Shown here: positions 47,710 to 57,200 of the stretch, piece after piece
Layout of the letters: every line of letters starts with the position of its first letter
Numbering within the stretch: the stretch's first letter is position 1
DNA from: a virus
Lineage: Duplodnaviria > Caudoviricetes
Direction: 5' to 3' (one strand)
Length of the DNA stretch: 64,000 nt
Virus record (IMG/VR): IMGVR_UViG_2931736537_000001
Coordinates: 32,001 to 96,000 of that record
Translations under genes and position numbers: made by a program
The notes under the pieces: model-generated
Database searches by the model: none
What the model saw: only the letters and a program-made list of their open reading frames with translations
What the model was told of the DNA's origin: nothing

Positions 47710-49044
47710 TCAGGTGCCGTCGATGAGGCGTTCGGCGAGGAACGGGCTAAACGTGCCGGCGGGGGTGTCGGCGGGGGCGATGCCGCACTGCCCGTCGCTG
47801 TCCCCCGGGTACTTGATCCAGAGCAGGTACTCGGCGCCACCGACGCCGATGGAGCTGGGGACGCCGAGGCGCCGCCCGGCGGGGTTGCAGTAGTCGACGT
47901 GCTGGCCGCGGTCGTCCATCGCTCCGTTGCCGTTGCGGGCGGTGTCGATGACGAAGGTGACACCGGGGACTCCGGCGGCTGCGAGGGCGGCGACGACCTG
48001 CTGGCCGTACTGACAGGAGATGTCGGTGGAGTCGAAGTTGCTGACGCCGATGGCGATGCGCCTGGTCGCGGCGACGCCGCCCCGGATGAGCTGGGCGGCC
48101 ATTTGGACGGGGCGGAGCCAGGTGGCGTTGCCGGCGTCGAGGTACGCCTGGACGCGGGGTCTCGCGGCGAGGGCCTGTGCGATGTACGTGCACAGCTCGT
48201 ACCGGGTTGCCCGGGCCTCCGGGGTGGGCAGTTGCTCGGCCTGGGCCAGGGAGTCCGGCTCGACGATGACGATCGCCGGCCGGTCCCCGAGCCCGGCGAC
48301 GAAGGCGTCGACCCACGCCTTGTACGCCTCGGGGGTCGCCGCGCCGCCGCTGCTTTCGCCTCCGTTGTCCCGCCAGTACATGGCGTACGCGGCCAGGATG
48401 GGGACCTGCCCGGCCGCGGCGGCCGCGGCGACGTACGCGTCGACGTCCGTCTGGATGGTGGTGTTCCAGTCGCCGAACCAGCGGGCGCCCGGACGCCGCG
48501 CTATCGATTGGCGGATCTTCGCGGCGCGGCCGTCGGTGGGGTTGGCCGCCAGCCACTTCGCGGCGTTGCTGTCGGGGTCGACGTAGAAGCCTTCTCGGAT
48601 GGTCGACGTGGTGAGCCGGACCTGGGCGAAGGTGATGGTGACGGGGCTGGCCTGCCCCATCTGGAAACTGACCTGCCCGGCCGCGGTGTCCAGGTCGGAC
48701 ACGAAGGTGTACACGAAGCTCGTGTCGCTCATCCCGAGGGTGATGGTCTTGTCCAGGGCCGGGGTCCACGGGTCGACGCCGAGCCCGACCTGCACCCGGA
48801 GCTGGGCGCCAGCCTGCGAGGCCCTCGCCGTGAAGCTCAGGGTGTACCGGGCGCCCTTGCGCAGCACGATGTTGTCCTGCCCGAAGGGCGCGTCCCAGAG
48901 GTTCAGGGCATCGGTGGTGGCCACGGCGTCCATGCCGCCGGGGCCGGGCGCGATGGTCACCATGGCGGGGTCGCCGGCCCACCAGGAGGCGGTGCCGTCG
49001 GTGAAGTCGGGGTTGTCGATCAGGTCGCCGTACATGCCGGCCAT
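47710..49044 (-). CDS. CBM4/9 + GH6 endoglucanase, no signal peptide
   Basis: LIDNPDF...W...GQDNIVLRKGARYTLSFTA (CBM4); FYVDPDS, RD..GESSGGA, EPDSL, YLDAG, IDTARNGNG, WIKYPGDSDG (GH6). Confidence 0.9.
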   Translation of the reverse strand: MAGMYGDLIDNPDFTDGTASWWAGDPAMVTIAPGPGGMDAVATTDALNLWDAPFGQDNIVLRKGARYTLSFTARASQAGAQLRVQVGLGVDPWTPALDKTITLGMSDTSFVYTFVSDLDTAAGQVSFQMGQASPVTITFAQVRLTTSTIREGFYVDPDSNAAKWLAANPTDGRAAKIRQSIARRPGARWFGDWNTTIQTDVDAYVAAAAAAGQVPILAAYAMYWRDNGGESSGGAATPEAYKAWVDAFVAGLGDRPAIVIVEPDSLAQAEQLPTPEARATRYELCTYIAQALAARPRVQAYLDAGNATWLRPVQMAAQLIRGGVAATRRIAIGVSNFDSTDISCQYGQQVVAALAAAGVPGVTFVIDTARNGNGAMDDRGQHVDYCNPAGRRLGVPSSIGVGGAEYLLWIKYPGDSDGQCGIAPADTPAGTFSPFLAERLIDGT

Positions 49045-49058
49045 GAACGCGGTCTCCT

Positions 49059-51341
49059 CTACTTGGTGTAGGTCACCCGCAGCTTGGGCGGATAGGTCTG
49101 GCCGGCCCCCCTGAAGGCGCCGTAGTAGGTCCTGTTCGTGGAGTTCGGATCGAGCGCGACCCCCCTCCATCGCGTGCTGTCGAAAACCGACGTGATGTCG
49201 ACCCACTTGCCTTCGTTGCGGCGCCACGAGACGGTCTTTGCTTCGGAGTCGCTGGAGAACTTGGCGGGTCGGCTGGTGTGGGAGTGGGCCTTGATGACCG
49301 CGCTGCCGCCGGACGCGTAGTACCAGTGCTCCGCGTACAGGTAAATTTCCGCTCTCTGGATGGTGGCGCCGGCCAGGTCTGTGCCCAGGGCGGCGGGGAA
49401 TCCGATCAGGGACGCCTGGACTCCGTTGTTGGAGCTGTAGTAGCCCTGCATGCACTTGGCGCCGTAGTAGGAGTTGTAGCCGGAGCGGTTGGCGTAGGAG
49501 CCCGACCAGCTCGCCGTGTAGGTCTTGGTGTACTGACGCACCGGGTCCGGTTCGCTGCCACCGCCGGTGTTGTAGCCGCCGGTCTCCGGTACGTGCGGTC
49601 CGATGTCCTCGACGTACAGAACGCCCAGGGCGGTCGAGGAGCCGTAGAGGTCGACGGTCTGGCCGGACGGTCCGCCCGCGCACCTGAAGGTGATGAGCAG
49701 CCGGTGGAGCCCGGCGCCGAATCCGCCGCCGTTCCGGACGGCTTCCAGCCGTACTCTCTGGCTCGTGGCCAACGGCATGGGGTACGTGGCCAGCTGCAGC
49801 TGTGGGGAGCTGACGGTGGGCTTCCCGGTCTTGCCGTCGCGCAGGCGGATCTGGATCTCGCCGCCGGCCGCGGACGGATCCGCAATGGCGTCGAAGACGA
49901 CCCGGTACATGCGGTCGGTCTCGGCCTCGAAGGCGAGTTCAACGAACCCGATCTCGCTGGTGCCGCCGGTGACGCTGGCGGCCTGGTAGTCGATGGCGAG
50001 CAGCCCCCGGGGGCGGTCGCCGAGGAACGCGGAGATCGGCTGGCCGCCGACCGTGAGGCCGCCAGCCACGCTCACGTCGGCGAAGGCGGCGTTGCCCTGG
50101 TCGTCGATGGTGGCGACGGCGGTGCCGCCATTGCGCAGGGTGAGGTACTGGGGCTCGCCGGTGACCAAGGAGACCGCTTCCTCGCCGGTCTCGTCGTACA
50201 GCCGGACCCCTTGCGGCCCGACTTCGGCGCGGGCGCCGCCGGTGACCCGGCCGAAGATGGCGGTCGCCTCCGCGTTGTCGAACACCACCCAGCCGCGGGT
50301 GGCCTCGGACGCTTCCAAGCACACGACGGCCTGGGTGGCGCCCTGCGGCGCGGCGACCTGCCCGGAGATGCGCTGCCAGCGTCCGGGCTCCGGCGCGACG
50401 GCCTCCACGACTCCGTATCCGAGGACGGTGCCGGCGGCGCTCTCGTAGCGGGCCAGGATCTTCACTGCCTGCGCGGCGAGGTCCTCGGAGATCAGGAGGT
50501 CAATGCCGAGGGCGAACTGCTGACCTGGCAGGACGGGGACCGTGGCCAGGGGGAGGGTGAAGTAGGTGGCGGTGTCGGCGGTGCAGTCGCACAGGACACC
50601 GACGCCGGTCCGGTTGCCTGGTGCCAGGGCCCAGGGGGCGCCCGCGGCGGCGATGGTGCTGGCGGTGGCTGCGCTCTCGAAGCCCGGGTCGGGGATGAGG
50701 TTGGTTCCCTGGCCGACGGCTATCTGGTCGGGGGTGACCGCGCCGACGGCCAGGTGCGGCGTGACGATCGCGCCGACGGCGATGTGGCCCTCCTGGATGG
50801 CGCCGTTGCCGACGTCGCCGGCCGCTGCCCGGCGGGCGGCCGTACGGGTCGCGGCCGAGGCGACGCTCGGGGTACCGGAGGTGTTGACCGCGACGAGCCG
50901 TACCCAGATGTCGTCGTAGTAGTTGGTGGCGATGGTGACCGAGGCCCCGGAGGCGGCTTCGATCGTCGCGGCCGGCCACATCACGTCCGGCTCGGTGTCC
51001 TCGCCGGTCACCAGGTGCACCTGGACGCGGGACAGGTCCAGCGGTGCGACGGTGTCGGCGTCGGCGAAGGCGCCGTCCCAGGTGATGCGCAGGCCGCCGA
51101 GGATGGGCTCGGCCTGCGGGGCCGACGGTGTGGGCGGGCGGGGCCCGTTGACCGCGACGACGCCGCTGGTGCCGTCCGGCTGCTGCCCGATGACGGCGCG
51201 CAGCGAGCCGTCCACGTCGTACACCTCGACGGCGCCGTCCTCGATGGAGGAGTAGGCGAGCTGGGACGTGCGGCTCTGCTGGCTGATGAGCCGCTCGAGG
51301 TTGGCGATGCGCCCGGCCAGTCTCGCCAAGTCGTTGGCCAT
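49059..51341 (-). CDS. Minor tail / tail fibre protein
   Basis: FN3-like and CBM-like (NLIPDPGFE) segments; position after tail tip genes. Confidence 0.8.
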   Translation of the reverse strand: MANDLARLAGRIANLERLISQQSRTSQLAYSSIEDGAVEVYDVDGSLRAVIGQQPDGTSGVVAVNGPRPPTPSAPQAEPILGGLRITWDGAFADADTVAPLDLSRVQVHLVTGEDTEPDVMWPAATIEAASGASVTIATNYYDDIWVRLVAVNTSGTPSVASAATRTAARRAAAGDVGNGAIQEGHIAVGAIVTPHLAVGAVTPDQIAVGQGTNLIPDPGFESAATASTIAAAGAPWALAPGNRTGVGVLCDCTADTATYFTLPLATVPVLPGQQFALGIDLLISEDLAAQAVKILARYESAAGTVLGYGVVEAVAPEPGRWQRISGQVAAPQGATQAVVCLEASEATRGWVVFDNAEATAIFGRVTGGARAEVGPQGVRLYDETGEEAVSLVTGEPQYLTLRNGGTAVATIDDQGNAAFADVSVAGGLTVGGQPISAFLGDRPRGLLAIDYQAASVTGGTSEIGFVELAFEAETDRMYRVVFDAIADPSAAGGEIQIRLRDGKTGKPTVSSPQLQLATYPMPLATSQRVRLEAVRNGGGFGAGLHRLLITFRCAGGPSGQTVDLYGSSTALGVLYVEDIGPHVPETGGYNTGGGSEPDPVRQYTKTYTASWSGSYANRSGYNSYYGAKCMQGYYSSNNGVQASLIGFPAALGTDLAGATIQRAEIYLYAEHWYYASGGSAVIKAHSHTSRPAKFSSDSEAKTVSWRRNEGKWVDITSVFDSTRWRGVALDPNSTNRTYYGAFRGAGQTYPPKLRVTYTK

Positions 51342-51346
51342 GGGGG

Positions 51347-52435
51347 TCAGCTCCCGTAGGTGAAGCGGTCGGCGCGGGCGAGTTGGAGGGTGATGCGCTC
51401 GGGGGCCTTGCCCTGGGGTGGGCGCAACGTCCAGCTGGTGATGCGGCACCAGCCGTCGAAGTCGGACCACTGGTCGTGGAGGGACACCCGTACGTCGTCG
51501 CCGACCTGCCAGGACCCGATGCGGGCGGCGGGGTGGTCGATGACCTCGATCTCGGTGACTTCGCCCATGACCTGGCGGGAGGTGCGTTCGGTGCGGGCCC
51601 GGGCGGCGAGCCGGTCGTTGCCCTTTTCCGCCGGGACCTCGAGGACGTGTTCCAGGCGCAGTCGGCCGTTGCGGATCGCGTCGATCGCGCGGCGGCGTCC
51701 GCGGCCCTCGCCGGCGCCGAGCGCGATGACGACCTGGGCGTAGTCGTCGGCGTCGTAGCTGACGGGCACGGTGGTGGCGACGTTGACGCCGGAGGTGAAG
51801 GAGATGTCCGTGCGCCTGGTGCCCAGCCTGGGCCAGCCGAGTCGGATCCGACCGGCCGGTCGGCCGCTGGACCAGTCCGTGGTCTCCGTCCACTCCGGGC
51901 CGCCCTCGGTCTCCGTCATGTCGTCGACGACCTCGCCGAGCACTGGGGACTCCCACCAGGCGGTGCTGTAGGGCTCGGCGGTGGTGCCGACCTTTGCCTT
52001 GCTGGTGGTGGCGTCGACGCTGACCCGGAGGTTGCCGTCCGGCTGGGCCTGCGCGTAGGCCCAGGCGTCGCGGATGACCTTGCAGGGGTCGGCGTTGGTG
52101 TACGGGCCTCGGCCGTCGAGGTTGCCGTGGGTGTCGTGCCGGCGGTGGAGGTAGCTGCCCCAGCCGGAAGCCTCGACCGGGTAGCTGGCTCCTTCCGGCT
52201 CGGCCCGCCACAGCACACCGCCCCACAGCAGCGTGCGGTCGCGTTCGGCGGTCAGCACGGTGTTGCCCGGGTCGAGCTGGGAGCCCAGCAGGTGCGCGAA
52301 GCGCGGCTCGAGGCGGCCGGAGAACTCCCCGGCCGCGTTGCGGGCGGTGCCGAATTCGACCTGCGACAGCGGCAGGTCCGCGGCGAGCAGCTCGCCCGTG
52401 AGGGCATGCCAGCTGCGGAACCGGTACGTCTGCAC
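51347..52435 (-). CDS. Minor tail protein (Tal/hub-like)
   Basis: LLWGGVLW, IALGAGEG; gene order. Confidence 0.8.
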   Translation of the reverse strand: MQTYRFRSWHALTGELLAADLPLSQVEFGTARNAAGEFSGRLEPRFAHLLGSQLDPGNTVLTAERDRTLLWGGVLWRAEPEGASYPVEASGWGSYLHRRHDTHGNLDGRGPYTNADPCKVIRDAWAYAQAQPDGNLRVSVDATTSKAKVGTTAEPYSTAWWESPVLGEVVDDMTETEGGPEWTETTDWSSGRPAGRIRLGWPRLGTRRTDISFTSGVNVATTVPVSYDADDYAQVVIALGAGEGRGRRRAIDAIRNGRLRLEHVLEVPAEKGNDRLAARARTERTSRQVMGEVTEIEVIDHPAARIGSWQVGDDVRVSLHDQWSDFDGWCRITSWTLRPPQGKAPERITLQLARADRFTYGS

Positions 52436-52438
52436 GGC

Positions 52439-53368
52439 TTACCTCACGCCCTCGTTGAACTCGATGTCCGCGATCAGGGAGGTGGAGCCGTCGACGCTGA
52501 GGTCACCGGTCTCGATCTTCGACATGTACGTCTGCACGTACAGGGTCTGGGTGGTGCCGCGTATGGCTGCGGGGATGGACAGGCTGTCGGCGAGGACGAT
52601 CGTGTTGCGACGGGTGGAGGTTCCCTGGTCGTCGTCGATGGCGGTGTTCTGTCCCTGCACCGTCCCGAAGACGTTCTGCATGTTGGCGTATACGTTGCTC
52701 TTGGTCAGCCGCAGGCCCGCGAAGGTGGTTACGAGCTTGGCGCTGGTCGCCCATGACGGCACGGCAATGCTCCAGCGCGCGGAGGACGGCCAGTTGTGCC
52801 ACTTGTTGTCCTGGTACGTCAGCGTGCTGAGCGAGCCGGGGAAGGACGTGTACAGCCGACGCTCGCGGCGCGGGTTGGCGACCGCCCGCACGTCCTTGAT
52901 CATCGAGTCGGTGATGACCGCCGTGTTGGCGGGTATGTCGATGCGGGCTAGCGGGACGGCCGTCATGCCGGCGGGCACCGTCGTGGTGGTGGCCGGCACG
53001 TTGCTGACGACGTGGAAATATCCGATCTCGTCCTTCTCCGGATCGCGGGTGCCTTCGTACTCGGGGTCCTCCACGCGCAGGCACACCAGGTCGGAGCGGG
53101 CGGTCGCGCCCGTGGGGGCGACGGGCACGATGGCGTCGCCGACGTTGTACTGGGTGTACGAGCCCTGCCCCCAGGTGGCTCCGCGGATGACCGCCGAGCC
53201 GTCGCGGACGCGTACGCCGGCCCCGGGGGTGGCCAGCTGGTAGACCTTGAGGTCGTCGCCTTCGGTGACGCCTTGGGAGCCGCGCGCCAGGTCGCGCACC
53301 ATCATGCGGAAGGCGCGGGCGGCGTGGGTGCCGCCGTGGGTCATCAGCGGCGGGTTGATCAGCGTCAC
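52439..53368 (-). CDS. Minor tail protein
   Basis: RSDLVCLRVEDP, VPLARIDIPA...IKDVR; gene order. Confidence 0.8.
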   Translation of the reverse strand: MTLINPPLMTHGGTHAARAFRMMVRDLARGSQGVTEGDDLKVYQLATPGAGVRVRDGSAVIRGATWGQGSYTQYNVGDAIVPVAPTGATARSDLVCLRVEDPEYEGTRDPEKDEIGYFHVVSNVPATTTTVPAGMTAVPLARIDIPANTAVITDSMIKDVRAVANPRRERRLYTSFPGSLSTLTYQDNKWHNWPSSARWSIAVPSWATSAKLVTTFAGLRLTKSNVYANMQNVFGTVQGQNTAIDDDQGTSTRRNTIVLADSLSIPAAIRGTTQTLYVQTYMSKIETGDLSVDGSTSLIADIEFNEGVR

Positions 53369-53387
53369 GGGTCGTGCTCCTTCGGGG

Positions 53388-54284
53388 TCACAGGGCGGCG
53401 TGGGCCGCACGCCAGGTGATGGCCAGCCGGGTGCTGTTGGAGTAGTTGCGGGCGGTCCACCAGAGCTCGGTGGTGCCGGGCGGGACGGTGAAGTCCTCGA
53501 GTCGGCTGGCGGCCGACAAAGCGGTGGCGAGGTTCCCGGAGCCGTTCTTGAGGACCCATCGGGTGCCGGGGCGGGTCTCGATCTCGATGCGCTCGCCGGT
53601 GGCCAGCGACGTGCCCAGCTCGATGACGCGGCCGGACTCGACGTGCCGGATGCGGGGGTTGGTGCACGGGCCGGTGATGACCAGCGACGGCCAGGCCGGC
53701 CGGTCCCCGTCGTTGGTCATCCAGCCGCGCCGCTCGTCGGGGATGGCCACGCCGGTGGTGAGCGGTGCCACGAGCGGGGCGCGGAAGCCTCCGAGGCCGT
53801 CCGTGGACAGCGGCAGGGTCAGCGAGTAGGCGTCGTCGGAGTGGTACAGCGGGTCGACGGCGACGAACTCCAGGTCGAGGGGGATCCAGCCGTTGACGGT
53901 GTTGGCGGTGCTGGTGGCCTCGACTCGGCGCAGCCGCCCGTACAGGCGGCGGGCGGGCCGGCCGGGCCAGCTCATCCGCAGGACGCTCATCGCGCCGGGC
54001 GTGAGGCGGACGTCCGGGTTGTCGGCGGCGCGCTGCAGCTGGGCGAGGAGGTCCAGGCCGCGGCCGGGGTCGCCTGGCGTACGGATGCCGGCCTCCATGC
54101 GGATGGTGCGCGCGCCGTACAGGTCGACGCCGGGGAAGACGCCGTCGCCGGCCGGGTTCTCCGTGTCCTGCGAGCGCTGCTCGGGCCCGCCGATGCCCTC
54201 GACCTCTCCGACGGGGATGTCGGTGCCGGCGCCCATGAGGACGCCGTCGACGTCGAACTGCCACTCCTTCAGGTCGGCCATCAC
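53388..54284 (-). CDS. Distal tail protein (Dit-like)
   Basis: Directly after tape measure; FVAVDPLY, NDGDRPAWP..ITGP..NPRI. Confidence 0.85.
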   Translation of the reverse strand: MMADLKEWQFDVDGVLMGAGTDIPVGEVEGIGGPEQRSQDTENPAGDGVFPGVDLYGARTIRMEAGIRTPGDPGRGLDLLAQLQRAADNPDVRLTPGAMSVLRMSWPGRPARRLYGRLRRVEATSTANTVNGWIPLDLEFVAVDPLYHSDDAYSLTLPLSTDGLGGFRAPLVAPLTTGVAIPDERRGWMTNDGDRPAWPSLVITGPCTNPRIRHVESGRVIELGTSLATGERIEIETRPGTRWVLKNGSGNLATALSAASRLEDFTVPPGTTELWWTARNYSNSTRLAITWRAAHAAL

Positions 54285-57200
54285 GCCCGCCCTCCTCGCT
54301 GGGCGTTGCGCAGCCGCCGCATGACCTCGGCGCCGAACTGCTCGGGTGTCGCGCCGGGAGCGGCGGCCATGGTGACGGGCATGCTGCCGATCAGCGCGGC
54401 AGGCTGGCGGATGACGATGACGCGGACCCGGCTGGACTGGGCGTCCTGGGCACCGGTAAGGGTGTAGCCGAACCGGCCGGCGACGTCGTCGAGCACGGCG
54501 GTGGCGCGGTCGCGCCTGCCGAGGCCGAGGGGGATGTACGCCTCTCCCCCGGTGCTCGGCTCCGCGAAGCGGACCAGGCCGGCGCTGGTGGAGTAGATGC
54601 CCTCACGGATGCCGCCGTCCGCGAAGGCCAGGCCCTTGTTCGCCGCGCCGAGGTCAGCGAGAAATTTCGTCGCCCGGGAGCCGAGGGCGCTCTGGATCTG
54701 CGACTTCGCCAGGTTGGCGATGTCGATGATGTCCTCTTCGCTCAGCCCGGTCTTCTCGGCGACGTCGTGAATGCCCACCTTGCTGCTGGTGACGGCGGAG
54801 ATGATCTGGACGAGGTCCTCGACCTGGTCGGAGCTGAGCGTGGTGTTGGCCTTCTTCGCCGCGCTGTTGGCCGCCGCAGCCTTCTTGTTGTCCTTGACCG
54901 CGGCCGCGGCCAGGTCGGCAGCGTCCTGGTCGTTCTGCTCGGCCAGGCGGGCTGCGAGGTCGCCGTAGCCGCGGGCGGCCAGGGTCGCCAGGTTCTTCTG
55001 GAACGCGGTCTGGTCCTTGACGGCGTCCGTGAGCTGCGAGGTGTATTCCGGCAGCGACGCCTTGGCCGCGTTGGCCAAGTTCTGCAGCTCCTTGGACATC
55101 TGCTTGAGGTACTTGGAGCTGCCGGTGGCCATCTGCCGGGTCAACTCGATGCCCTCGTCGCCCATCTCGGCGAGCGCGTCGGCGACGTCCTGGCCGGCCC
55201 GCCGGGCGACGGTGTCCAGATTCTTCCGCCACGCGGCAAGCGCGTTGTTCGACTGCGCGAGCTTCTTCGTGAAGATCGAGAGGCTGAAGTTGCCCTTCTT
55301 GTCGTTGGAGGCGTTGATCAGGCCGGACAGCGTGTACTTGTTCGCGGCCGTCCCGGACGACGAGTAGGAGAAGCTCATGCCGCCGTCGGCGTAGCGGGTG
55401 ATGCCCCCGTCGGCGTTCCACGCGATTCCACTGGGGTCACCACCGAGGCGGCGTACAACTTCCTCGGTGATCCGACGCGACCGCGGGCGCTTTGACCTGG
55501 CGAAAGGCACGTACGCCTCGCCGTGAGTCTCGTCCTCCGCCCATATGCGCCAGTCGCCGCCGCGGGCGATCTGCGCGATGTGGTTCTCGCGGCGCAGGCC
55601 GCCGTCGGCGTAGAAGTCGACGATGCCGCCGTCCGCCTGCGCACCGAAGTTCCTCGCCTGCTGTTCGATGAGGTCGGCGGTGGTCTGCGTCTGAGTGTGG
55701 ACCGTCTCGTAGATGCTGACGTGCCGGGTGGTGATGGTGATGGATTTGTCGCTGAGGGCGTCCCGGGCGCCCTGCACGGCGCCGATGTTGGAAAGCGCCG
55801 TACCTGTCGCCGCGGTCACCACGACGCGGCCGTCGGGGAGGGTGCGGGTGGTGAAGCCCACCGCGTTCAGCGCCTGGATGGCCGTCTGCGACAGGGTCTT
55901 GACGGTGACGCTCTTTGCTCCGGGCGTGGCCCTGATCTTGGCGATCACCGCGTCGAGGTCCTGCACCGCGTTGGCGCTGTTCGCGTCAATGGTGATCGTC
56001 TTGTTCTGCAGACCGTCGCGCGTCGCCTTGAGGCCCTCGAGGCGGTCCTTGGCCGTGCCGGTCTCCGCGGTCACCTCGAACTGGCCGTCGGGCAGCCGGG
56101 TGACCTCGAACCCGAGGGACTCCAGCACGGTGACGGCGTCCTTGGTGAGGGCGTCGACCTTCACGCTCTTGGCGTCCGGGGTCGCCTCGATCTGCTCGAT
56201 GACCGCGTTCAGGCCGGCGAGCGCGTCTTCGTTTCGCATCTCCAGACGGGTCGTCTTCTCGTCCGGGATCTGCAGGTAGCTGTCGGCCAGCGCCTCGGCC
56301 TGTTCACGGGTCAGGCCCATGGTGTCGGCGGCGTCGATGAAGGTCTTGCGGCCCTTCTCGTAGATGCCGGTGACGTCTTCCCAGGAGCGGCCCTGCTCAC
56401 GGGCGGCGGTGGTCGCCGCATCCGTGTTCGCCGCCAGTTCGCTGAGCGTCTTCTCGGCCTCGCGCGCCTTGTCGTTGCCCAGGTCGAGCTGCCCGTCCCG
56501 CATCTTGAGGACGTTGTGGTGTTCCTTCGCGGCCTTGGCGACGTCGTCGATCGAGGCTTCGAACGCGCTCATGGCGCTGCCGGCCTTACGGTTCACGTCG
56601 TTGAGGGCGACGATGCTTTGCCGCAGACCGTCCGCGCTGGCCTTCTGGGCGTCCAGGCGGGCCTGGGTGTCCTGAGCGGCCTTGCCGAAGATCCCCATGC
56701 TGGCCGCTGCGAGCGACTGTTCGAACTCCAGGTCTTCGACTGCGGACTTGTACTGGTCCATCTGCCCGGTGAACTCACCGACGTCGTGGCCGCCCTTGGC
56801 GTACGCCTCCTTCAGCCGCTCGTACGCCGCGGCGGCCTGGTCGGCCTTGCCACCCTTCACCAGGTTGGCCAGGCCCTCGTCGATGGCGTCGAGGTTCTCC
56901 CGGGCCTCCTGCCACGGCGTGGAGTCCATCAGGGTGAGGCTGAAGATCTTGACCAGCGCGTTCTGGACGTTGTCGGCCGTGCTGGGGTCGGTGATGTTGC
57001 GGATCTTGTCGTAGAGGTCGTCCAGGTCCTGACCGAAGTTCTTCGACAGCTCGCCGGTGACCTTCCCGGACTGGCCCAGCTTCCCCAGGGAGGTGGTGAG
57101 CCTGTCGATGTCCGGCGGAGCCTCCTTGCCCATCTCCATCAGCTCGTGGATCGCGGCGGCGGCCAGACCGATACCGGCGACGATGACGGAGGCCCGGGCG

